Assembly (NCBI GenBank): GCA_009692115.1
Contig: SHZU01000001.1
Coordinates: forward strand, 324,345-388,344
DNA: 64,000 nucleotides
Direction: 5' to 3'
Source of the DNA: Gemmatimonadota bacterium
GTDB taxonomy: Bacteria > Gemmatimonadota > Gemmatimonadetes > Gemmatimonadales > GWC2-71-9
Part shown: piece by piece, positions 8,283 through 17,779 of the stretch
How the letters are laid out: each line of letters opens with the position of its first letter
How positions within the stretch are numbered: position 1 is the stretch's first letter
Notes under the pieces: generated by a model
Database searches by the model: none
What the model saw: the letters and a program-made list of their open reading frames with translations, nothing else
What the model was told of the DNA's origin: nothing
Translations under genes and position numbers: made by a program

Positions 8283-11236
8283 CGATCGCTCCCCGGCCCC
8301 GCCGGCCGGGCTGCCTTCCCGGCATCGAGATCGTTCCAATTGAGAATGGCATTGAACCCCAAGAAGTAGGTCCCCTGGGTCTGCCACCGCCAAAACGGCC
8401 GGATCGCAAAGCTCACCACATGGCCTTTGCCTAACGGCGCATCGACCAGCTGCGCGCGCCCCGACAGGTATTGCCCGCCGGCCAAGGTACCCGACAGCAA
8501 CATGTCATTGGGATTGACCGGGAATTGCATCACCACCCGAGGCCGGGCCTCGTCGCCGCCGAGCCCGAATGCCCTGGCCACCTCGCGGAACTGCGCCATT
8601 TGATCGGCCTCGCCCCGGGCCGGCCGGCCCGACGACGCCGAGCTGTCGGCGTCCCACGGCGACAGCGTGAGGCGGCTCGCCATCGGGGTCGTGTTCTGGC
8701 CGACCCCCGGAATCTGATTGCCGCCGCCGAAGAACGCCGCGAATTCGGGGGGAATGCCGCCGCCACCGGCATTCAAGACCGGATCTTGGTTGAAGTACAC
8801 CGGGAGGTTCCCGCCGTCGAACCCGTACACCAAGGGACTCTTCTTGTCGGCGATGACCCCGCGCATGACCGACCCACGAACAAACAACTGCGCCGGGCTC
8901 TCGACCGTCACACCCGAGGTCAGGCCGTAGGACGGGAAAATCGTGGCGGTCGATCCTTCCACGATCAGCGTGCCACCCGCCTGAACGAATTTGGCCAGCT
9001 CAAGCAATCCTTCCATCCCCATCCCACCCCGAATGTCGTCGCTCTGGTCGAGGGCGCCGAGATTCGGCGTGGTGGTTGATTTTTGGTAAGGGAGCGGCGC
9101 GGCGCCGGTCTTGGCGATGCCGTTCACCTGGGCCGTGGCGCTGCCGCCGACATGCGGGAAGATGATGACGTCGTACTTGGACCGGAGATTCCCTTGCGCA
9201 AGCTTCTGATCGGCAAAGTACTGATAGGGAACGCCATAGGTGTCGAGCGCGGCCCGGACCCAGCCTTCGTCTTGGGTCCGCTGCCAGCTGTGCACGTACC
9301 CGATCCGCGGCACGTCGAGATCGTGGCTCTTGACGCCGGGCGCGGCCGCCACGGCAAAAGCCGAGAGGCCGAGTTCAATCAGGGTTGGCTCGAGCTTAGC
9401 ACGATCTGCATTCGCGATGATGAACGCACCGGCCCGGAACGAATGGCCCGCCGCCTGAAAGTCCTCCTCGGCCGCCTGCATCGGCACCCCGACGTGCCGG
9501 TACCGCAGCGTCATCAGGTTGTTGTCGCTGGTATGATCGACGATCACCACGGGGCCAGTGCCTGCGATCCCGCCGGCGGCCCGGACATCGGCCATAATCA
9601 TCGTCATTGGCTGATCGAGAACCCCCTTCTCGGCGACCGGCGTGATCGTCAGGTTCCGCATCAGGCCGAACGTCCACCCGGTGTCGTCGTAGGGGCGCGG
9701 ATTGGCCGGGGCGTAGTTCTGGACCGAGAAGTACATCTCGGCCAGGGTGCGATACGGTTGGTCGGCCCGGACCACGTAGTCGCCCGCCTGGACCTGGACC
9801 TTCCCGGCGGCAAACGACCCGGTGGCCCGATGAATCTCGAGACCCTGGCGCCGAAGGTCGTTGACCGCTTGCGCGGCGTCCGCCTTCCGGCGCTGGCCCG
9901 CCGGAATCACCCAGGCATAGGGCGCGCCGGTCTTGCCCTTGTCCACCGCTCGCTTGTTCTTGAGCCAGTAGTTTTCGAGGTAGAGCTCCCGGTTCTTGGC
10001 CACGTGGTTCAGCACGATCAGCAATGCCGATTGCTGGATGTTGGTGTTATTCCTGGGGCCCCACGCGATCGAGGCGAGCGGCGGGTTCGGACGGAACCAT
10101 TCGCGGCTGGTGGTCGTCGCGGGCGGACGGATCGTCGTGGTATCCGGCCCGTAACTCTGGACCTCGTAAAACCGACCCACGGCGTTGTGGGTGTGGGCAA
10201 TGAAGAACATGTAGTTTGGTACCCAGCCGTCGTAGAACCCGTAGGTCCACACCCCGGGCACACCCCGCTTCGTCATCTCCATGACCTCAGTCTTGGCCAG
10301 GAGCCACCACTCATCCACCGTAATCGGGTCGAGGGACTCGTTGTACGGGCCGGTCCCGGTCGAAGCGTAGAGATAGGTGACTGACTCGTGGAGGTCGTGC
10401 ATGATAGTCGGGGTCCACTCCACGAACAGCTTGGTGACATTCTTGGTGAGGGCCAGGAACTGTCCCATCCCGTCGCGATTGTTGTCATGGGCCACGTACT
10501 TGCCCCAGTACATCAGCGGCAATCGTTGGGCACCGGCGGGCTGCTTCTTGTTGTAGTAATAGGTATCGACGTGTTTCTCGCGGCCGTCGACTTCGATGAC
10601 CGGGGTAATGAAGGTGATCACGTTCTTCCGGATCGCCTGGATGTAGGGCGTCTCTTCCACCGCGAGCCGGTAGCCCAACTCCATCAGCATCTCGGGCCCC
10701 CCGGTCTCCGGCGAGTGCATCCCGCTCGTGAGCCAGTAGATCGGCTTGGCCGTCCCGATGATCCGGCGGGCTTCGGCCTCGGTGGTTCTCCGCGGGTCGG
10801 TCAGCGAGGCCAGCATGCCCCGGTACTGCTTGAGTTTCCGAATCGTCTCCGCGTCGGCGATGGCCGTGACGATCATCTCGCGGCCTTCTTCGGTGGTGCC
10901 GATGCTCCAGGTCAGCACCCGGTCCGAGGCCTGGTCGAGCGCCTCGAAATAGCGATGGATGTCTTTCGCATAGGTCAGCTCGCCGGGGGTGCCCACGATC
11001 CGGCCCAGGAACTTGAGCGGAGTCGGGACGGTGGCCGAGGCGGGGAGATGATCGACGAGTTCGGTCGAGATCCGGGGATCGCGGAGGTATTCCTTGATCT
11101 TCTTGGTGTACTCCTGGTCCACCGCTTGTCCGCTCTGGGCCGATATCGCCCCAGGCCGAGCGGTGCTGACGGCAACTAACAACGCGGTGAGCCGGGCAAT
11201 CGACGCGCCGAGCGCCGCCCGTTTCGAGTGTCGCAT
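8279..11236 (-). CDS. Large secreted M14-family zinc carboxypeptidase-like protein (985 aa)
   Basis: Start ATG 11236 (MRHSKRAALGASIARLTALLVAVSTARPGAISAQ signal peptide; AGGA about 8 nt upstream). HxxE zinc motif in YWLTSGMHSPETGGPEMLMELGYRLA. Confidence 0.8.
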   Translation of the reverse strand: MRHSKRAALGASIARLTALLVAVSTARPGAISAQSGQAVDQEYTKKIKEYLRDPRISTELVDHLPASATVPTPLKFLGRIVGTPGELTYAKDIHRYFEALDQASDRVLTWSIGTTEEGREMIVTAIADAETIRKLKQYRGMLASLTDPRRTTEAEARRIIGTAKPIYWLTSGMHSPETGGPEMLMELGYRLAVEETPYIQAIRKNVITFITPVIEVDGREKHVDTYYYNKKQPAGAQRLPLMYWGKYVAHDNNRDGMGQFLALTKNVTKLFVEWTPTIMHDLHESVTYLYASTGTGPYNESLDPITVDEWWLLAKTEVMEMTKRGVPGVWTYGFYDGWVPNYMFFIAHTHNAVGRFYEVQSYGPDTTTIRPPATTTSREWFRPNPPLASIAWGPRNNTNIQQSALLIVLNHVAKNRELYLENYWLKNKRAVDKGKTGAPYAWVIPAGQRRKADAAQAVNDLRRQGLEIHRATGSFAAGKVQVQAGDYVVRADQPYRTLAEMYFSVQNYAPANPRPYDDTGWTFGLMRNLTITPVAEKGVLDQPMTMIMADVRAAGGIAGTGPVVIVDHTSDNNLMTLRYRHVGVPMQAAEEDFQAAGHSFRAGAFIIANADRAKLEPTLIELGLSAFAVAAAPGVKSHDLDVPRIGYVHSWQRTQDEGWVRAALDTYGVPYQYFADQKLAQGNLRSKYDVIIFPHVGGSATAQVNGIAKTGAAPLPYQKSTTTPNLGALDQSDDIRGGMGMEGLLELAKFVQAGGTLIVEGSTATIFPSYGLTSGVTVESPAQLFVRGSVMRGVIADKKSPLVYGFDGGNLPVYFNQDPVLNAGGGGIPPEFAAFFGGGNQIPGVGQNTTPMASRLTLSPWDADSSASSGRPARGEADQMAQFREVARAFGLGGDEARPRVVMQFPVNPNDMLLSGTLAGGQYLSGRAQLVDAPLGKGHVVSFAIRPFWRWQTQGTYFLGFNAILNWNDLDAGKAARPAGPGSDR

Positions 11237-11463
11237 CCGGTCTTCCTCTCTGGCTTTGAATCCTGACGCCGCGAATGCGGCTTCCCCAACAATACTCGGA
11301 CGTCCGGGGTTTTGCCGCCGGTTACCGCCCCCGCCGGTTGGGAGTCGGTGACCGAACGGGGTGTTTGGGCGGACCGAGAGGGCCGCGGCGCGGAGGGCTG
11401 GGCGAACGGCCCGGCCGGTCGGATGGCCGAATTGGCGGATCGGGCATCGGGCGCCCTGGGATC

Positions 11464-11829
11464 TTACGGGGTGACATTCTGCCCCGGTCGTTGCCGGACG
11501 ACCACCACCGTCACGTTGTCGCTGCCGCCGGCTTGACTCGCGAATTCTTCGGGCCGCTGCAGGTAGATGGCCCGCTCTGCCCCAGTCGACGTCTCCGCGG
11601 GATACCACACTTGGATGACGACGCGGCGCCGGTCATCGGGGTTCTTGGTATAGAGTTCCGGGCGGGTCGGATCGGTCCAAGAGAACTCTTGGGTTCCCAC
11701 CGGGTACGGTCCGGACGGCACCTCGAAAGGGTGCTCGGCAACCTTCGGACTGATCCTCTAAAAGACGTATCCGGCCCCGGCCACCACCAGCAGCAGGACC
11801 GCCGGGAGGAACTTGGTCCATTTTTTCAT
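11464..11829 (-). pseudogene. Remnant of a secreted PAF-acetylhydrolase-like alpha/beta-hydrolase (lipase): in-frame TAG plus C-terminal truncation
   Basis: ATG 11829 overlaps the UbiA-family stop (ATGA). MKKWTKFLPAVLLLVVAGAGYVF, then TAG (11758-11760), then in frame RISPKVAEHPFEVPSGPYPVGTQEFSWTDPTRPE...RRVVIQVWYPAE, which matches the N-terminus of bacterial PAF-AH-like lipases. The ORF ends after about 85 further aa, with no catalytic core. Confidence 0.55.
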
Positions 11830-12743
11830 CCGAGGATCCTGTCGGTCAAGGCAAACACGAAGACAACCACGCTCATCACCCCATTCATGGTAAAGAACGC
11901 CGCGTCAAGCCGGGAGAGGTCACCGGGTTTGACGAGTCGATGTTCGTACCAGAGAATCCCGGCCGCCACCGCCAACCCGACGTAGTACCACGCCCCGAAT
12001 CCCACACCCCACCCGAACAGCGCCAGCGCTGGAATGGTCACCCCGTGAAGCAGCTTGGCCATCAGAATGGCCCGACGCTCGCCTAACCGCACGACCGCAC
12101 TCTTGAGACCTTCGCGGCGATCGAAATCTTCGTCCGGCAGGGCATAGAACATGTCGAACCCGGCCACCCAGGTGGCGACGGCCACCGTCAGCGCGACGAG
12201 CAGCCAGGCCGGATCGCTCCAGGCTCCGGTAATCGCGAGATAGCCACCGACCGGCGCGATGGCGAGACCCATCCCGAGCCAGAGGTGCGGCCACCAGGTA
12301 AAGCGTTTCGAGAGGCTGTAGCCCATGACCCAGACCAGCGCCACGGGACTCAAGTAAAGGCAAAGCCGGTTGAACGACCCGGCCGCGGCCAGAAACACGA
12401 CTGCCGCCACCGCCACCGAGATCCAGGCTTGCCGGACCGTCAAGGCCCCGGTCGGGAGTTCCCGGTTCATCGTCCGGGGGTTCCGGGCGTCGAACTCACG
12501 GTCGGCGATCCGATTGAAGGCCATGGCCACCCAACGCGCCGCGGAAAACGCGATGGCGACCTGGACCACCACCCACCCGGAGACCGGATGAGTCATCGAG
12601 GCCGCCACCACCCCGAGCATCGCGAACGGCAGCGCAAACAGGGTGTGGGGGAGCTTGACGAAATTGAGGTACCGAACCAGCACCGACCGCCCCTCGAACG
12701 TTTGGCCCTCGCGGTGTCCTTCCCGCTGAACCCCGACGCTCAT
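11826..12743 (-). CDS. UbiA-family aromatic prenyltransferase (UbiA/MqnP type)
   Basis: LNFVKLPHTLFALPFAMLG..., NRIADREFDARNPRT (NxxxDxxxD-type motif), polytopic. ATG 12743 overlaps the UbiD stop (ATGA). Confidence 0.9.
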   Translation of the reverse strand: MSVGVQREGHREGQTFEGRSVLVRYLNFVKLPHTLFALPFAMLGVVAASMTHPVSGWVVVQVAIAFSAARWVAMAFNRIADREFDARNPRTMNRELPTGALTVRQAWISVAVAAVVFLAAAGSFNRLCLYLSPVALVWVMGYSLSKRFTWWPHLWLGMGLAIAPVGGYLAITGAWSDPAWLLVALTVAVATWVAGFDMFYALPDEDFDRREGLKSAVVRLGERRAILMAKLLHGVTIPALALFGWGVGFGAWYYVGLAVAAGILWYEHRLVKPGDLSRLDAAFFTMNGVMSVVVFVFALTDRILG

Positions 12744-14212
12744 AGCCCCAACTTGCTCCACATCGCATCAACCGCCGACTTGGTCGCCGGGTCCATCTCG
12801 ATGAGCGGGGGCCATTCCCTCGTCTGGCCCTCCTCGGGCCATTTCCGGGTGCCATCGATGCCCATCTTGCTGCCGTACGTGAACGCCCGGCTGGCATGGT
12901 CGAGCACATCGACCGGCCCCATACTGAAGCGGACGTCCCGTTCGGGGTCGATGTTGTTGAGGGCAATCCACCACGCTTCGTCGGGATCCTGGACGTTGAC
13001 GTGCTTGTCCACCACCACGATGACCTTGGCCAACGACATCAGACCGGCGCCCCACATGGCGTTCATGACTTTAGACGCTTGCCCTGGATACTGTTTGTCG
13101 ATGGCCACGAACACGAGGTTGTGGAAGATCCCGCACGCCGGCATGTGGTAGTCGACCACCTCGGGCGTGGTGAGCTTGAGCAACGGCAGAAAAATCCGTT
13201 CGGTGGCGTGACCGAGGTAGTAGTCTTCCATCGGCGGGCGGCCCACCAGCGTGGCGGGAAAGATCGGGTCCTTCCGCATCGTCACGCAGGTGATGTGCAC
13301 GGCCGGATACTGATCGGCCAGCGAGTAGAAACCGGTGTGGTCCCCGAACGGCCCCTCGGTCACCAGCGGTTCGGCCGGATCGATGTACCCTTCAAGCACG
13401 ATGTCGGCCTCGGCCGGTACCTCGAGATCGCAGGTCACCGCCCGGGCCAGCTCGACCGGCGATTTCCGCAAGAAGCCGGCAAACAGGAACTCGTCGATCA
13501 TCGGCGGCAACGGCGCCGAGGCGGAGTACATCGCCGCCGGGTCGCCGCCTAACGCGATGACGACCGGCATCTTCTCACCCTTCTCGGCCATTTCCCGCCA
13601 GTGAGCGGCGCCTACCTTATGGCGCTGCCAGTGCATGGCCACCGTGTTCTTGCCGATGACCTGGACCCGGTACATCCCGACGTTCCGGATCCCCCGCGAC
13701 GGGTCTTCGGTAATCACCATCGGCAGGGTAAGGTAGGGGCCGCCATCGCCCGGCCACGTCACGAGCACCGGCAACTTCGCGAGGTCGACCTCGTCGCCTT
13801 GCCAGACCACCTCCTGGCACGACGGCCGCCCACTCCGGACCTTCGGCGGGAACTTGGCCACCTCCGCCAACTTCGGCAGCATGGCGAGTTTCCCGAAAAT
13901 CCCCTCGGGTACTTTCAAGTTGAGCAATTCGGAAATCCGCCCGCCGATCTCGTCGAGCCGCTCGACGCCGAGCCCGAGGCACATCCGCCGCATCGACCCG
14001 AACAAGTTGATGCCGACCGGAATCGGGTGCCGGGCACCCGAGTCCGAAATCGGGTTCTCGAACAGCAGCGCCGGCCCCCCGCCCGGACTCTTCATGACCC
14101 GGTCGGCGATCTCCGCCATCTCGAGCCGGGTCCGCACCGGATGCCGAATCCGAACCAACTCCCCAGCCTTCTCAATGGCCGCCACAAACTCCCGCAAACT
14201 ATCGAGTGCCAT
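12740..14212 (-). CDS. UbiD-family prenyl-FMN-dependent decarboxylase (UbiD/MqnL type)
   Basis: 490 aa. LREFVAAIEKAGELVRIRHPV..., GGPALLFENP, MYRVQVIGKNTVAMHWQRHK, EGPFGDHTGFYS. Confidence 0.9.
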   Translation of the reverse strand: MALDSLREFVAAIEKAGELVRIRHPVRTRLEMAEIADRVMKSPGGGPALLFENPISDSGARHPIPVGINLFGSMRRMCLGLGVERLDEIGGRISELLNLKVPEGIFGKLAMLPKLAEVAKFPPKVRSGRPSCQEVVWQGDEVDLAKLPVLVTWPGDGGPYLTLPMVITEDPSRGIRNVGMYRVQVIGKNTVAMHWQRHKVGAAHWREMAEKGEKMPVVIALGGDPAAMYSASAPLPPMIDEFLFAGFLRKSPVELARAVTCDLEVPAEADIVLEGYIDPAEPLVTEGPFGDHTGFYSLADQYPAVHITCVTMRKDPIFPATLVGRPPMEDYYLGHATERIFLPLLKLTTPEVVDYHMPACGIFHNLVFVAIDKQYPGQASKVMNAMWGAGLMSLAKVIVVVDKHVNVQDPDEAWWIALNNIDPERDVRFSMGPVDVLDHASRAFTYGSKMGIDGTRKWPEEGQTREWPPLIEMDPATKSAVDAMWSKLGL

Positions 14213-14954
14213 CCCCTACTCCCCCCCCGAGTGCCGAACCAACGTGGATCGCACAGATCCCGCCCCGCAACAGACGGTAGCTGACCCCCCCAAACCCGGC
14301 CCGTTCCATCTTGGCCTTGAGTTCGTCCGGTCCCGGGAACGCCAGCACCGACTCCGGCAAGTAGGAATAGGCGCTCCGGTGTTTCGAAACCAATCGGCCG
14401 ATGAACGGTAACACCCGCCGGAAGTAGAAGAAGTAGAGGCCCCGAAGCGGCTGCCAGGTAGGAGTCGTGAACTCGAGCACCACGAGTTTGGCGCCGGGCT
14501 TGAGCACTCGGCCTGCCTCGATCAACCCCCGGTCGAGATCCATCAGGTTCCGGACCCCAAACCCCACGGTGGCGCCATCGAATTGCTCGGAGTGGAACGG
14601 GAGATCGAGCGCATCGGCCGCCACCGGGACCACCGCCGCCGACTTGCCCCGGCCAAGATCGAGCATCGGCTTGACGAAATCAGCCCCGATCACCCGGCCC
14701 CGAAACGCCGGATCGTTGCCAAGTGTGGCGGCCAAATCGAGCGTGCCGGCGCAGAGATCGAGGTACGTCCCCGCCGGGGCCCGCTCCCAGCCCAGCGCCT
14801 TGACGGCATCGCGGCGCCACCGCCGGTCGATGTTCAGGCTAAGCACGTGGTTGAGGAGGTCGTACCGCGGGGCAATGGCCGTGAAAATCCCCCGGACGTA
14901 GGCCCGTTTCGCGACCCCGCCCTCGAGGGGTAATTCCTTGTCCGTCGCTAACAT
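14199..14954 (-). CDS. ubiE: Demethylmenaquinone/ubiquinone C-methyltransferase (UbiE/MenG)
   Basis: ATG 14954. FTAIAPRYDLLNHVLSLNIDRRWRR..., LDLCAGTLDLA SAM motif, GFGVRNL. Confidence 0.9.
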   Translation of the reverse strand: MLATDKELPLEGGVAKRAYVRGIFTAIAPRYDLLNHVLSLNIDRRWRRDAVKALGWERAPAGTYLDLCAGTLDLAATLGNDPAFRGRVIGADFVKPMLDLGRGKSAAVVPVAADALDLPFHSEQFDGATVGFGVRNLMDLDRGLIEAGRVLKPGAKLVVLEFTTPTWQPLRGLYFFYFRRVLPFIGRLVSKHRSAYSYLPESVLAFPGPDELKAKMERAGFGGVSYRLLRGGICAIHVGSALGGGVGDGTR

Positions 14955-14970
14955 AGGCGAAGAAATTAGC

Positions 14971-16260
14971 CTACCGCCGACCCGCCTCCAAGAACACCGT
15001 CCGGAGTCGATCCGCCACCTTGAGCTCCTCCCCGTCCCGCAGCACCCGGGTCCGCGCCGTCGCATGCCACCTGGTGGTATCCCGGTCCTTGGTGATGATC
15101 ACCTCGAGTTCTACCCGAGGGGTACCTTTGACCAAGGCGGCCCGGAGCGAGTCCTTCGTCAGTCGGATGTCGCGCTCGTCCCACGTCAGATCCGCGTCAA
15201 CGTAGCCTGCCGTGTTTTCATCGAGCCGGCAAGTCAGACCCGGGATGTCCTGCAACCGGCCGACGATTCGGGCCGCCCGGGCATTCCATCGCTCAGCCTC
15301 GGCCTGGTGATCCTGGCGGACGAACCGTTCCAGCGCCACCACCAACCCGATCACTTCTTCCTTGCCGACTTTCATGCCCCGGCCGACGTTGTCGAACGGC
15401 GTCGCGTTCCGCCGGGCCGCCTCGATCAGGTCCTTCCGGCCGGCCAAGATCCCGGACGACTGAGGACCCCCGATGACCTTGCCGCCGGACATCACCACCA
15501 AGTCGGCTCCCGCGTCGAGAAACCGCCGGAGACTGCCCCAGGGCGGCAAGTCGGACGCCATGTCGATCAACACGGGGACACCGGCTTTCCGGCCCATCGC
15601 AATCAGGTCTTCCTGCTTCACTAGCCGCGGATCCGGCGGGGGCGCCCGGCCGGCCGAAAGCGGCGGCGCGAACATCCCTTGGCGCTCGGCGTTGGAGAGC
15701 CCGGCGATGAACGCCGTCTTCGGGCCGAGTTTGGCCTCCAGGTCGGCCCGGGTGGCCCCTTCAGCGATCGTGGCGCCGGCCACCCGATAGGCCCGGTCGT
15801 AACCGAATCGCTGGCATGATTGGATCAGACACTCACGCCGGTCCCACGTCGGGTGGGGCAAGGCCGCGATCTTCTCCTCGTCGGTACCCGTTAGGCAGGC
15901 CGCGGCCCCAAGCACCAGGCCCGAGAACCCGCCCGCCGTGACCAACGCCGCCTCGGCGCCGACCAAGGCCGCCACCCGCTGGCCGGCCGCCAGCGTCAAC
16001 TCATGGATGTCGACGAAGAACTCGTTGGCTTCGGCCATGGCTTCGAGGACCTCCGGCGCCATCCGCCCGCCCCCGAGCCGAGAGATATGCTCGTGCGCCC
16101 CAAGGTGGGGCCGGACGCCGAGCAGCCGGGTGTAGACGTTGTGCTCGAGATCGGCGACCGGGCGGACGGGAGTCTCGCCCCGGACCGAAGGCAGCGCGAC
16201 AGCCACCGTCGCGGCCCCGACAAATGCCCGGCGGCTCAAGCTCCCCTGGTGATCGGTCAT
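14971..16260 (-). CDS. SelA-fold PLP-dependent enzyme with twin-arginine (Tat) signal peptide; function unknown
   Basis: ATG 16260: MTDHQGSLSRRAFVGAATVAVALPSVRG (SRRxFVG Tat motif). SelA-type PLP-lysine motif in VVMSGGKVIGGPQSSGILAG. Confidence 0.75.
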   Translation of the reverse strand: MTDHQGSLSRRAFVGAATVAVALPSVRGETPVRPVADLEHNVYTRLLGVRPHLGAHEHISRLGGGRMAPEVLEAMAEANEFFVDIHELTLAAGQRVAALVGAEAALVTAGGFSGLVLGAAACLTGTDEEKIAALPHPTWDRRECLIQSCQRFGYDRAYRVAGATIAEGATRADLEAKLGPKTAFIAGLSNAERQGMFAPPLSAGRAPPPDPRLVKQEDLIAMGRKAGVPVLIDMASDLPPWGSLRRFLDAGADLVVMSGGKVIGGPQSSGILAGRKDLIEAARRNATPFDNVGRGMKVGKEEVIGLVVALERFVRQDHQAEAERWNARAARIVGRLQDIPGLTCRLDENTAGYVDADLTWDERDIRLTKDSLRAALVKGTPRVELEVIITKDRDTTRWHATARTRVLRDGEELKVADRLRTVFLEAGRR

Positions 16261-16402
16261 TGGGCGGATCCTTTCGCGGGTATCGGCCTCGGACGAGGCG
16301 CCGAGCCCAACGGTAGAGCCGACCCGGGCCGCTCGCAACCCGGTGGGCCCTTGATCGCCGCCGTGCCGCCCCTTCTATTCCGGCAACCCAAAGGACCCTC
16401 CC

Positions 16403-17662
16403 ATGCGCCGCCTGCTCTGTCCGATCGCCCTCGCAACCCTTCCGGTACTGCTGGCGGCCCAGGCCGCCCCGACGACCACCGCTATCAAGGCGGCCCGGAT
16501 GCTCGATCTCGCCTCCGGTCAGATGGTGACCAATCCGGTCATCGTGGTCCAGGGCAACCGGATCGTCTCACTCGGCCAAGCCACCGTGCCGAAGGACGCC
16601 CGGGTCGTCGACCTCGGCGACGTGACGCTCCTCCCGGGGTTCATCGACCTCCACACCCATCTCTCCGCCGAGATTTCGGCGGCCTCGTTTGTGGCGCCGG
16701 TCACCCTGACCATGGCCGACGCCGCCTTCAGCGCGGCCCATTTCGCCCGAAAGACGGCGCTGGCCGGATTCACGACCGTTCGTGATTTCGGCGGCGATGT
16801 GACCGTGGCCCTCGGCAAGGCGGTTGACCGCGGGTTGACGGTCGGACCCCACATCGTGCCCTCGCGGGAATCCATCGGTATCACCGGCGGGCATTGCGAC
16901 GTCACCGGCTTCGCCCCCGGCATCGCGGAACAGCGGCCCGAGGACGGGGTGGCCGACGGACCCTGGGGCGTCGTCCAAGCCGTTCGCTACCAGATCAAGC
17001 ACGGGGCGCAGGTCATTAAGATCTGCGCCACCGCCGGGGTTCTGTCCCTCGAGGGACCGGTTGGCGCCCAGCAGTTGAGCGATGAGGAGCTCAAGGCCAT
17101 CGTCGACGAGGCGGCCCGCCATGGGGTCCGGGTCGCGGCCCACGCTCATGGAACCGAAGGAATCAAAGCGGCCGTCCGCGCCGGCGTCACCACGATCGAG
17201 CATGGCTCGATGCTCGACGACGAAGCCATCGCCTTGATGAAGGCCAGGGGCACCTATCTGGTGCCGACCACCTACTTGGTCGACCGGATCAACTTGGCGG
17301 TCCTGCCGGCATTGGTTCGGAGCAAGGCTGAAACGATCCTGCCGCTGGCCCGGGCCAGCCTTCGGAAGGCCATAGCGGCCGGGGTCAAGATCGGGTTCGG
17401 CACCGATGCCGGGGTCTACCCCCACGGCGAGAACGCCGGCGAGTTCGTCGCCTACACCAAGCTCGGCATGTCCCCACTCGACGCGCTCCGCTCGGCCACC
17501 ATCGTCGCCGCCGAGGCCCTGGGGGTCACCGACCGGGGAACCATCGCCCCGGGCAAGCTGGCCGACCTGATCGCCGTCCCTGGCGATCCGCTCCGGGACA
17601 TCACCGCCACCCAACGGGTGAGTTGGGTCATGGTCGGCGGCCGGATCGTAACGCCGCAATGA
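16403..17662 (+). CDS. Secreted metal-dependent amidohydrolase (imidazolonepropionase/Xaa-Pro-dipeptidase-like family)
   Basis: Signal peptide MRRLLCPIALATLPVLLAAQA. LLPGFIDLHTHL, ...AHAHG..., GFGTDAG. Confidence 0.85.
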   Translation: MRRLLCPIALATLPVLLAAQAAPTTTAIKAARMLDLASGQMVTNPVIVVQGNRIVSLGQATVPKDARVVDLGDVTLLPGFIDLHTHLSAEISAASFVAPVTLTMADAAFSAAHFARKTALAGFTTVRDFGGDVTVALGKAVDRGLTVGPHIVPSRESIGITGGHCDVTGFAPGIAEQRPEDGVADGPWGVVQAVRYQIKHGAQVIKICATAGVLSLEGPVGAQQLSDEELKAIVDEAARHGVRVAAHAHGTEGIKAAVRAGVTTIEHGSMLDDEAIALMKARGTYLVPTTYLVDRINLAVLPALVRSKAETILPLARASLRKAIAAGVKIGFGTDAGVYPHGENAGEFVAYTKLGMSPLDALRSATIVAAEALGVTDRGTIAPGKLADLIAVPGDPLRDITATQRVSWVMVGGRIVTPQ

Positions 17663-17696
17663 CCCGGCACTCGCCCTGGCCACTCGGGTGCCGGGT
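17662..17696 (+). terminator. Candidate intrinsic terminator after the amidohydrolase gene
   Basis: ACCCGGCAC(TCG) at 17662-17673 pairs with (CGG)GTGCCGGGT at 17685-17696. About 11-nt loop, followed by the moderately T-rich TCCTACGTTTCGTTCGCGTTTC. Confidence 0.4.
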
Positions 17697-17779
17697 TCCT
17701 ACGTTTCGTTCGCGTTTCATCTAGCAACCTGGAGCCGTCTATCCGTCCCGGATCTCTTCGTGGGCAAACCGATCAAGCG

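Noticed and set aside
11237-11463. tRNA or small RNA in the largest non-coding gap (228 nt), and in the other gaps over 100 nt (16261-16402, 17663-17779, 33674-33803, 38964-39070, 63500-63601).
   Set aside because: No cloverleaf-compatible acceptor or T-arm pairing (GTTCRANYC-type box) and no riboswitch-like conserved core were recognisable by eye. This cannot be excluded without covariance-model scans.
11237-11608. 124-codon N-terminal extension of the M14 peptidase ORF (ORF track start 11608).
   Set aside because: The extension is Arg/Gly/Pro-rich. The internal ATG 11236 has an AGGA-type ribosome-binding site and begins a canonical signal peptide.
14971-16338. Calling the 14971..16260 product genuine selenocysteine synthase SelA (gene symbol selA).
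   Set aside because: The Tat signal, the absence of selB/selC/selD nearby and the divergent N-terminus argue against it. Only the fold family is claimed.
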